Positions 47,867-58,006 of a stretch of DNA of 58,709 nt are shown here, piece by piece. Each line of letters opens with the position of its first letter. The stretch's first letter is position 1. The translations under genes were made by a program, and so were the position numbers. The notes below the pieces were generated by a model. The model saw only the letters and a list, made by a program, of their open reading frames with translations. It made no database searches and was not told where the DNA came from. This DNA is from Chrysochromulina tobinii (Eukaryota), in NCBI GenBank assembly GCA_001275005.1, contig JWZX01003229.1:1-58709 (forward strand), read 5' to 3'.

Positions 47867-49486
47867 TCAATCGAGCAGTGGGTCTGTATCGTCGCCGGCG
47901 CGGGCGCGCGCGCTGCGACAGGATCCGTCCTGATCTGCCCTACCACCCATCGATGCTGCGAGGGCGGCTGCTCGAGAGCCCACCGCCCTACGCACCGCCG
48001 CCCCGCCCTTCAAGTGGCATCCCGGCGCTGCTGTGGCTGCGGCTGCAGCAGCTGCGGGGAAAGTGGCTGCCAACGCACGGCCACGGGGCTGAGGCTCAAC
48101 GGCTGCAGGCCCGGCGCCCCTCCTCGACGTGACGCCGGCCCTCGTAACGGCGATTGGCTGGCGCATGCATTTCGAGTGCGTCGCGCCTTGAGCAAGGCCT
48201 CGAGGCGCCGCTCGAGGCGCCGCTCGAGGCGCGATCGGCGGATCGTCCACATGATCTGTCACATCCACGTCCTCGAGATCATATCCTCCTCCATCGCCTC
48301 CTCCCCTGTGGACCCTCCCTTGGCTGAACCCTCTTGCTCCTCCATTCGCGTCGGCCTTGAGCGCTGTTATGGGCGCTGCTCGACACGCTGGATGGCGGCA
48401 GCCATCGGGACTCAGTGGCACACCAACCCAGTCAAGCACAGGCGTGTGGCGGTCCGTCTGCTGCAGCCGTGCATGCAGCCGGCGCACGAGAGCCACGGCA
48501 ACGCCGGAAAAAGCCAAAAGCATCGCCATCCACCGAAGTGGGCGCGGCGGCGGGATGGCGGCGGTCTGCTCAGTAGCAGGCCTCTCAGAAAGGGTCGCCG
48601 TCTCAGTCGCCGTCGCAGTCGCCACCGCCGCATCGTCGGCGCTGTTATGGCTGCCGGTGCCGAGTAGCACCATGCGCGCGGGGGGGCGTGGCGCCTGGGA
48701 CGGCACCTGCGGGCCATCTGGGTTCGGGCTACGCGGTGGCGGTTGGTGTTGGCGCGAGGGATTGCGCGAGGCCCACTCGGCGGGCGGTGGGGGTCGACTC
48801 CATGGTGGCGGCGGGCGCGGCGGTGGCGGCGGCAGCGTGAGCAACACGGCATTCTCGGCAGCCGTGCGGCAGACGACCCTGGGGTACGGGACCACATTTG
48901 CATCTCTGATGGCGTCATCGTACAGAACATTCGTCGTCTTGCCGACGATGGTGACACCTTGCGCGTGCGCATCGTCGGCCTTCCAGCCCTGTCCAACAGG
49001 CGCCACCGCCGACGCACCGAACTGGAGCTTCAAGCTCGCAAGTGGCTTGCCGAGGACTGAGTATGCCATCGACGCCAGTGCGAACTCGGAGAGCCCCGGG
49101 TAACGAGCTGCAAGCGTATCGTCAACAGGGTGCACGCGGTCGCCGCGAATCTTGGTGATGATCACATGGTCTGGCCACGTCAGCGTCGCAAACCAAGAGC
49201 CCTCACTGGCCGTATCGTTGTGCCCAGGCCAATCGAAGACGTAGAAGAGTTCGAACACCTGCGCCGCTTCCAAGCGCATGCCAGTTTTCATGTCGGTCGC
49301 CCACGCGTGCGAATCCGAGGTGGGCTTGAGACAGTCGCGAACGTTGCGCATCGAGGGTGTCAACACCGCCGCTATGCCTAAGGCCGCCGCCACGACAGCC
49401 GGCAGCGGCATTTGGGGCGTTTCTCCTTTGCTCCTTTGCGGACATTTGCGTTTGATATGCACGTTTGATACCCCCAGCGCTTGCAT
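47867..49486 (-). CDS. Hypothetical single-pass membrane protein with a Pro-rich linker
   Basis: 539-aa ORF; signal-like MPLPAVVAAALGIAAVL; beta-rich N-terminal domain, Pro-rich linker, TM WMAMLLAFSGVAVALV. Confidence 0.55.
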   Translation of the reverse strand: MQALGVSNVHIKRKCPQRSKGETPQMPLPAVVAAALGIAAVLTPSMRNVRDCLKPTSDSHAWATDMKTGMRLEAAQVFELFYVFDWPGHNDTASEGSWFATLTWPDHVIITKIRGDRVHPVDDTLAARYPGLSEFALASMAYSVLGKPLASLKLQFGASAVAPVGQGWKADDAHAQGVTIVGKTTNVLYDDAIRDANVVPYPRVVCRTAAENAVLLTLPPPPPRPPPPWSRPPPPAEWASRNPSRQHQPPPRSPNPDGPQVPSQAPRPPARMVLLGTGSHNSADDAAVATATATETATLSERPATEQTAAIPPPRPLRWMAMLLAFSGVAVALVRRLHARLQQTDRHTPVLDWVGVPLSPDGCRHPACRAAPITALKADANGGARGFSQGRVHRGGGDGGGYDLEDVDVTDHVDDPPIAPRAAPRAAPRGLAQGATHSKCMRQPIAVTRAGVTSRRGAGPAAVEPQPRGRALAATFPAAAAAAATAAPGCHLKGGAAVRRAVGSRAAALAASMGGRADQDGSCRSARARAGDDTDPLLD

Positions 49487-49642
49487 GCTTCTCCAAGAAA
49501 ACTCCGGTCAAGGGCGGTGCAGCTCTACGCGCGCTGGCGCTGGGCGCGCCTGCGAAACGGTTTGGGATTAAAAAACTAAACATTCACATTCACAGCCTTT
49601 GACGTTCACAGCCAATGTTTAAAAATTCGACATTCACACCAG

Positions 49643-51321
49643 ATGTTCGGCTTGCTGCGTGTACTCATGCAGTATGCGGTCGTCGGTGCTGGCGGCGACG
49701 CCAACGCCTCCGTGCACGGCTGGGCGCCGGCGCGACCAAGCTGGCGAATCGCTGCGGCTGGCTATGTTGCGCTGCTGGTCGTGATGCTGGCGCTCCACAG
49801 CGTCTTCAAACGCACTTCCTGCCTGCGGGCCGACACGTCCAGCCTCAGCCCGGCGATCTGGACGAGTCCAGACAAGTCGAGGCCGGTCGAGAAGGGCAGC
49901 ACGAGCGGCCATCATCACCACAACAAGCTACTCTACGTATACGATATTCCGCCGTCGCTCGCTGGAGCCGAGTGCAGCTACTGCGGCGTGGGAGCTGGCC
50001 GTGCGGACCCAGGCTACATGACGGAGCACGCGGCACACCAGGCGCTGCGCGCCTCTTCATGGACGACGCGCGAGGCGCACGAGGGGCGCTGGTTTGTAGT
50101 GCCACTGCTGTACAGCTGCGCGAGCGTCTGCCACATGCGCCTTGGCGAGCTGCAGGTGGGCAAATGGTTCCGCGACGGGCGGGCGGCGGCGTGCGCGACG
50201 GAGGAGGCGGGCGTCGCCTACGTGCGTCGCGTCTTTGGCTGGCTGAGCGAGCAGCCGGCGTGGCGCGCGGCGGCGCACCGACACGTCTTCGTGTGGTCGC
50301 AGGACAAGGGCGCGTACCGCATCGCAGAGCACGACCCCGCCCTCTTTGCCGAGCTGCGACGCGGCGTCTTCGTACAAGTAGCGGGCGCCTTCATGCCAGG
50401 TCGACCCCTGGCCTTCGAGCCGAGCTGGGACGTGGTGATCCCGCCGCAGTCGGACCGGCCGATCGTACCGATCCCGGCGAGCGCGGCCGACGCCCGCGCG
50501 CGACAACGCACCGTCTTCTGGCAAGGAGCCGCAGCGTACGCACACTCCACGTACCCGGCACGCGTGGCTTTCGTACGAGAGTACGGCGCGGGGCAGTGGC
50601 CGAAGGTGAAGCTGCGCATCGGGCAAGGTGGGAGTGCCTCGGATCGCGAGAGCGCGGCGCGCGGCCTCACGGACGCGACCTTCTGCCTCTTCCTCTCCGG
50701 CCACAGCCCACAGCGATGGTCGGGCTCTCTCGGCCACATGATCGCGAGTGGTTGCCTCCTCATCTTCGCTGATGATGTCTCGACCCTTCCGCTCGGCGAG
50801 ACGCTCCCCTGGGAGAGCATGTCGCTGCAAGTGCCCGAGGCGACGCCCGCCGCGCTCTCGAGGCTCGTCGAGGCCCTCTCCGACGCCAAGCTCGACGAGA
50901 TGCTGCGCCAGTGGCGGGCCGTGCGTCCGAAACTGCTCTTCGCTCCGAGTGCCCGGGACGGCGCCGTAGAGCAGGTAGCGGCTGCGCTCATCCGTCGCGA
51001 AGCGACCTGCATGCAAATGCTCACCACGGCGCTTCACCCTCCCCACAGGTAGTGGCTGCGCTCATCCGTCGCGAAGCGCCCGAGTACGTGGCGTGGTCCA
51101 ATGAACAACGGCGCCGCTGCCTCAGCGCGCTCACGCGCGGCAGCAGCCGTTTCAGCCTCGATGACGATGCGGCTCGCATGTCCGCCGAGCAGAAGGCCGC
51201 ATGCTGTGTTGGGCCGCGCGCCTGCCCCGACGCCCCGATGCCCAGCCCCAGCGCCAGCCTCTGGAAGGGCCCTGGCTCGCTTCAACCGAGCGATCCGCGA
51301 CCTTCATCGAACCCTGTGTGA
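49643..51321 (+). CDS. Exostosin-family (GT47) glycosyltransferase; intron at 50975-51048
   Basis: TM anchor; LLYVYDIP, WFVVP, RHVFVWSQDKG, DVVIPP, ATFCLFLSG, ASGCLLIFADD..LPLGETLPW. Splicing extends the frame to the stop at 51321. Confidence 0.88.
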
Positions 51322-52275
51322 TGCGAACTTGCCAGGAGGACGGCTGGATGGATGGGGGGACACCTCGGTGACGGCTTGATGTCATGTTTTTGAGATTGCC
51401 GTGCGAGATTCTGTTTGAGATGGGCTGAATTCCGAAAATGGTAACGATTCCACGATCCACGTCGCTCGGGGCTGAGCTGTCTTCCCGCTCCAGCTGTTCT
51501 TTGTATGGTTATTGAAGAGGTAATTGAGTTGGTTTGCCTTTTATTCTTCCCCAATCCCTGACCAGACCGGGCATTCCCAAGCCGACGGTCTGGTTAGGGG
51601 TACACACAAATAAATACCATACTACATGCGATCTATCGAGTATCGACTCGCAGAGTGGGTTGCGGGTGGGCGGGTTTCAAGAGAGAGAGAATGTGCTGTC
51701 GCTGGTTCGCGACGGTCACGATGCTTGCGCTCGCCTCGATTTAGTTCTCGCGAGCCTCTGTGGAAGCACCAAAGATCCTTATAAGGTATTCTTTCCCGGT
51801 GTGCATGCGAGGAAATTCCGGAGCGCCCCTGGGGGCTCCAGGATTTTCGAGATCGCCCACTGACGCGCGCCGATCGGCGCGCGGCCTAGCATCTCACCCG
51901 CCGCTCCAGACAGCCACGGTTCTCGCATGCGCGAGAACCCCCATACTCACAACTCAGTGAGTACCAGGGCCTGCAATGCGTATACTACACGTTCCTGCAC
52001 GCTCAGGGCGGGGTCCGGTCACGCGTCTGCTTTCCCGCGCCATCTCGTGGGTCGGGGCCGCGCGGCCGGGCCGCCGGCTTTGACCGTCACCGCCCGCACC
52101 GGGCGCCGGCGCGGTCGTCAAACGCGGGGCAGGCGCCGCTCGGCGCCAAGCGGGGTCAGGGCGGTTCTTATACGGAAAATTCCGTCCCATTAACTCCGTC
52201 TAAGGATCTCAGGTACTTGCCCTCAACCTTGCCCTTGGGTTGCTTCGCCGAACCTGCTGCTCCTGTGTCAAACTC

Positions 52276-52830
52276 TCAAACATCGAGGAGGACGAAGTCA
52301 CGCGGTCCGCCGTCAGCACGCACGGTTCGCTGGACGTCGGCGCAAAAGTCTTTCCAGGCCATATTCTCGAACTCGCTACGGACTTCAAGCCAAGACACTC
52401 CGTAGTGCGCACTGATCAGCGCAATGACCTCCCTGGTAAGCGGGTGGCGCGTGTGGCCCTTGAGGGTGGCAAAGAACTTCACAGACGCAATGAGCCCAGT
52501 CCCCTTGCCGCCAGCTTCCACAAAAAGGGAGTGCAGATTTGCCGAGAATATCTCGCAGTCGCAGCGAATCGCATAGAGGATGGGGTGTAGCTCGGGCGGT
52601 GGATCGGCGACTCGATCGACAGTGCAGTCGAGATTGCGAGCTTTCATCATGGTAGACATGACCGCTTCGAGGCCGCGGTCGTTGTTGGCCGAGGCGGGGA
52701 TGGCGCTCCCTGTCTCCATGTACCGCTCCAGAGCGTAGGTGCCGCGGGCCCGCCCGCGGTCCAGGCCGTGCCCTTGCGCATCGTCGTCGAGGAGTCCTCT
52801 TCCAGACGCCACTGCGTAATTGCGAGGCAT
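52276..52830 (-). CDS. Hypothetical protein (5' end unresolved)
   Basis: 184-aa ORF of globular-looking composition; no motif recognised. Confidence 0.3.
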   Translation of the reverse strand: MPRNYAVASGRGLLDDDAQGHGLDRGRARGTYALERYMETGSAIPASANNDRGLEAVMSTMMKARNLDCTVDRVADPPPELHPILYAIRCDCEIFSANLHSLFVEAGGKGTGLIASVKFFATLKGHTRHPLTREVIALISAHYGVSWLEVRSEFENMAWKDFCADVQRTVRADGGPRDFVLLDV

Positions 52831-53090
52831 TCCTCGCGAAGCAGCGTCGAAAATGGGGACTTTTGGTACGAAAGATCAAGTTCTTTCTTTCGTGAATGCA
52901 TGCACGAAAAGAGGCGACATCCTCACCACGGTCATCGGTCTTCACACGATAATCCGACAACATGTGATTGGTCCCTAGAGGAACCTCGAACACAAAACAC
53001 AAAACACACGCTTCTGTATGTTCACGTGAGGGTGGGGTGCGTCCCGGTACTAGTTTTCGTTTCACACACGCCGCGAGCTCGCGCATGCTC

Positions 53091-53203
53091 CGTGTCTCGT
53101 ATGGGGTCATGTAAGATGTGCGTACTCTGAGCGGGCAATAACAGTGCCGTTCTAGCCCCCCGGTTGTCGCGTGTGTGTCGTGGGTTAACGTTCTCGTTCA
53201 CTC
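53091..53203 (+). repeat. Dispersed repeat A, copy 3
   Basis: CGTGTCTCGTATGGGGTCATGTAAG...CTGAGCGGGCAATAACAGTGCCGT...CCGGTTGTCGCGT...GTTAACGTTC. Confidence 0.85.
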
Positions 53204-53667
53204 AGCTCACAGGAGTGACGCTTGATGACGGGCCCGCTGCTCCCGAGACACATCTTTGCCTAGGCCGGGCCGATGATCCCTCTGGCGTGCTGGGGGGGGA
53301 GACTGAGGATGGCATTTGTCAATAGAGTTCGGCATGCCGGACGCGATCGGATAGCTCCATAGCATGACCGCTCGCGCCCGTCGCCGCCTTAGCTAGAGAC
53401 CGGTTTGGTTTCTTTCAGGTTTCTTAACTATCAAGTCGATTACCCCCCCGCAGGATACACACACACAATGAGTGGTCTCTGATCATGAGTTCATGTGCGA
53501 ACCGACCTCTCTGACCGACTGTCCTAATTTTGCATTCAGCCCGTAGCCACCACCGCAGCACCGTGGAGCCACAATAGCACCAGCCGCGCGACACTGAGGT
53601 GACGCATCCGCAACTCCTCCTTGCCTGCCAAACGACATGCATGTATTGGCACAACTGAGACTTGACC

Positions 53668-55281
53668 TCACAATTCCTCCTGCCAAACGACTGGCACGAC
53701 TTCTACGAGGGATGCTCCACTCGCATGAGATCCGCTCACCCCGCTCGGCGTGGCGACCTTGCCTTTGGCCGCCCTCACCGGCCAGGCAAAGAGGGGTGGG
53801 ACCGACTGTCGTGGCTTGCAGCGAGGCGCGTGCCCAGCGAGGAAGGCCGCGTAGCACGTGTGAAGCTTGGGGTTGGGCCAAGCGAAACGCTGATCTCGAT
53901 CGTACGGATCCGCATGCTCATCATACTTCAACGGACCCTGGCGCTTCAAGCCAGGCTGAATGACCAGCCGCGCGCCAATGCCATGCACGACTTCGTATCC
54001 TAAGTCAAACGGAATCCGCGGCACGATGTCACCTCGTACGATGACCCTGCGAAAGTCGCGAGTCAGACGGGCCAACGCTCAGTGCCAGCCCTCGCTGCGC
54101 AGTGCCAAAGGCTGCCAAGAAAGGAGGCGCATTCGCCCACCGCAGCGCTCGGAGCCGATTTCGGTGGCGCAGCTCGTCGACGACCTTCTTGAACGCGAGG
54201 TTGAACGATCGCGAGGATCCGAAAGTCACACACGTGATGCACTCAGTATGCTTCTTCACCAAACTCGATGAGAGGAGCAGGTCCACCGAGCACAAGGTCG
54301 CGAGTGTGCCACCTGCGTGTCGCTCATCGGAGCGCACGTGCTCGTGAGCCGGGACGAACAGGCGCGCGCGCAGGCAATGGGACGCACAGGCGCGCGCGCA
54401 TGCACTGGGACGCACAGGCGCGGAATCGCGCCACACTCAGCCGCAGTCGGTGAGGGCGTGCGGGGATTGTGCACAGTCTCCCGCCTTCAACACTTACCCA
54501 TGCTGTGCCCGGTGATGATGAGCTGCGGCCGCTGGCCGCTGGCCGCATGCGAGGAGAGCAGGCGCTCCACAGCCGCCCGCACCCGAGCACGTGGGGACAT
54601 GCGCGGGTCCGCTCCTTCATTCGCAGGAGGAGTGGAGCCTGACATAGCGCGCGCCGCCAGCTTCTTACGAACGATTGGTCTCTTACGCCCGTCGTACGCC
54701 TTCCACATGCCTAGCGAAATGCACGTCTTCCTGGAGTGCTTGAGCCAGTGCATTAGCCGAGGTGGGCCGACAGCCTCAACTGAGCCTCCCTCCTCGTCGA
54801 TGGGCAGGTGCAGCGGCTGATGGAACTGGTTCGAATTCACGAGAAGCCAGTCTTCGGTGGTCCGCGACCCTCGAAATGCGACGACGATCACAGGCCTCTG
54901 GGGATTGTGCGTCAACTCGAGGATGCACACTTGTTTCTCTGTGACTCGTTCGACGTCGATCCACTCCACCACTCGTGCGGCATACTTGCTCTTGAGAATG
55001 TGAGCGTACTCACAGCACTTGATGCGCACGAAGCACGTGGCGTCGCCTTCTTTCGGCGCTCGGCCCTCGACTTCAAAAGGAGCCAAACCCGAAAGGAAAG
55101 GAGCCGTGTCCTTTTCGACGCAAGTCATCTCTTGAATGTTCTTGGGTTCCAGAGAAAGGAGGTCGTACATGACAAGAACCTCGGACAAACCGGCAAGGGC
55201 GGCGACGAAGGCACGATCGGCCAGCAGGTCGTCGTCAGCAGACTCCGCCGCGACCTCGAGCACCTTGGGTGGATACGCCAT
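53668..55281 (-). CDS. Lipase class 3 family protein; introns at 54313-54497 and 54047-54140
   Basis: VIVVAFRGS...DW; splicing yields IITGHSMGGTLATL, CVTFGSSR and RVIVRGDIVPRIP; a downstream His in LHTCY could complete the catalytic triad. Confidence 0.9.
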
Positions 55282-55543
55282 GCTAGGAAACGAATTACTT
55301 GTACAGTACCAGCATTTTCTCGCTCACGCGCTATCGGGCGCCCCCGTGGGCGTTCATACATCTCACACATCGTCAGCAATCACATGCTCTCCTCACCAGA
55401 GGAAATGTCGCGTGAAAAAGCGAGCGAGGGACGTGCCCCTTGAGACTGGAGTATCCCGTAGACCGGCACCCTGCCGTGCCAGTTATTATGCGGTTCCGCC
55501 TCTTCGGGACTAGAACCGCGTGCAGGACGTGTTACAAGTTCCA

Positions 55544-56802
55544 CTAGATATCCACCTCATCATCTGGCAGGAACTCGAACTCTTGCCGACCCTTGTAGAG
55601 TGGACTTTTGCGGGTTGGCTTGCGCTTGGGCCTTTTTGGCTTGAGCTCTGTTGGCTTGAGATCTGTTCGGAAGTCGAGTCCTTTCGTCGGCGGCGGTGAT
55701 GGCGGCGACGAGCAGCGCCGCCAGCAAACTCGCAAAGCTACGACGACGCTTGCCAGTATACAGGAACACGCTGTGCCGAGGACCCCGAGGTTTAGCAGCG
55801 CCCGGGATGGCGCCCACGACAAGAGCACAGATGGCATTTGAGGACCAGGGACGGTGGTGAGATGGGTGATGGTGAGACGGGCGGGGGTGAGATGGGTGAT
55901 GGTGAGACGGGCGGTGGTGAGATGGGTGGTGGTGAGACGGGCGGTGGTGAGATGGGTGATGGTGAGACGCGCGGTGGCCTCGAGGGCGACGGTGCGCAGG
56001 GAAGGGGCGACGGCAATATTGATTGCAGTGGCGATCTCGGTGGCGACTCGAGGCGGTGGCCAAAGACCGCGTGGGCCTCGAGTCGCGCCAGTAATGCATA
56101 CTCATTCTCAAGGATGTCCATCAGATTCTTCCATCCCTTTGGTGACAGATGGGTCTCATCCTTTGCCGGATAATCGCTGCGAATTTGTGGCAGCTTCGCT
56201 GGTGGGGGAAGGCAGCCGAGCCATTGCGCGATTTGGCGGAGGTCGGAACTGAGCGTGGTTATGTGCGTCAGCGCGTACGATTGCTGCTCGAAGCGATCGA
56301 TGCCGCCACCCTGCCCGATGGTACCCAAATAATATTCGTATCCCGTCGAATAGAAAGTGTTGTCCCGCGTGAAAATCTCGCGCGCGGCGTCAGAGCAAGG
56401 GCCCGTGCCGCTGAGCGCCTCCGCAAAGTCATTCACGCGGTCAAAGCATTTGTAGAACGAGACCTCCCAGGGATGGCCTTGTCCTGGGATGGGCGGGTTG
56501 TAAAGCTGTGTGTAGCCGCGATACGGATGGCGATAGTTGAACGCCGACACAACTCGATCCAGTGGATCACGTGTCGACATGACTATCTTTTTGCCGAACC
56601 CCGTTGGACGATTCATATGCACCGGGCTGACGCTCAAGCACTTGCCGCCGCCCGGCCTTTCTAGGTTGCGCAGCACGGCCTCCACCGTAGAGCCCGCGCA
56701 TTTGCCTACGTGCAGGAACTGTACCTCGATGCCATGTGTGCCACAAATGTTGGCCGCCAGAAGCAACAACTGCACGGTGAAGCTCCGCCAAGAGCACAGC
56801 AT
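55544..56802 (-). CDS. Sulfotransferase-family protein with signal peptide, SPPP repeats and a probable C-terminal TM (frameshift near 55848)
   Basis: FLHVGKCAGSTVE and MSTRDPLDRVVSAFNY; (SPxPISPPPV)n; ORF 55544..55837 supplies a TM and a basic/acidic tail if one base is restored. Confidence 0.78.
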
Positions 56803-57005
56803 CCCTATCCCCGAGCCTCGGGTCGTGGGCTTGACACAATGAAAAAATCATGTTCAAAATGCATCTCATGGCCGTTTCTGGTTTCTGTATGCATACAAGT
56901 ATGGTATCTTGGTATGCATGCAATCATTAGTTACATGAGAGCGAAAGTTTCAAGATTATTCAATCATCAAGATGATTTATACTCACAAGCAAGCAAACAA
57001 GCAAG

Positions 57006-57131
57006 AAGTCAGCTAAACCACCCGGGCCTGCGTTTCCTCGAGGAGCGTGGCAGGTTGCGAGCCATTCCTCTGTAAGTGTGGTCCGAGCGGTTGCACGCCG
57101 ATCAGTGCGCCGCGATGACGACTGCTACGGG
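57006..57131. repeat. Dispersed repeat B, copy 2
   Basis: First 27 nt identical to 43594-43620; colinear for about 125 nt. Confidence 0.9.
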
Positions 57132-58006
57132 TGGCCCATAGGCGCGCGTCACGATCGGGCGACACTCCTCACGTTGGGAAGCGTGAGGGCAGCATGTCCC
57201 GGTGAGCGTTCGCGGTCTGGGCATACATCCCCTCCTCTCCGCCCACCCTTTCCTACTCTACTGGCTACGAGGGTATTCGGTTGCGCTTGTTTAGGTACTT
57301 GTGTTGTTTCGACTAACTAGCTTGCTTGCTTGATACTCACACAGGAGCAGGTGCATTAGGATGCTCACCCCCTCTGAACTGGGTCCTGATTTAGGTCCTG
57401 ATCGCGAGCCTCCCCCCTGTGTTGCCAGCCTGTGTGCTGTGAGATAACCGTTCCGCTCGCCCTGCCCTCACCCAGGCGAGTGAGGAGAGAATTCCCCACC
57501 GCAATTCAGGGGTCCCGCCAATGTGTGGGTAGCTTGGTCAGTTACAAATCTCATCAGGGAGGAGGGATCGGAGATGCGTTTATGGTTTAAAGATGCGTGA
57601 GATGTGGATTGCAATCGCTGGCACACAGGTATAGTTGGCAAGAAATTGTAACTTTGCTCATATCTTTTTTCACTTGGCATGTGACTTGACTTCTCATGAT
57701 AATTATATTGTAATTGGATATTGTGGAGGGTGCGGGACCCTGCGGGTCAGGGCGCTTGAGGGCTTGCAGGGGAATTTCTCGACCCAAATCTCCACCGAGT
57801 GACACCGACGTCGGTGGACATGAGCGTTCAGAAACTCATTGAAACAATCAAGCTTCAAGAAACTGGAGCCTCCGTGGACATGCGAGGAGCCCGGCATGCA
57901 TCTGAACGATGATCTTCGCTAAAAATAGATCCGGACGCGTCTCGTCCGTTGGGCCTTTTGCTCACATTTCTCACACATTCGGCTTGCACACCCGGAGAAG
58001 CGGACC

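Noticed and set aside
52385..53110. 241-aa ORF starting MTPYETR
   Set aside because: Its start lies within dispersed repeat A and its 3' half is Arg-rich off-frame sequence.
54047..54497. Lipase introns (and the DP intron 18177-18306) as members of the repeat-intron class
   Set aside because: No tandem filler and no clear exon duplicate; they look like conventional introns and serve as internal controls.
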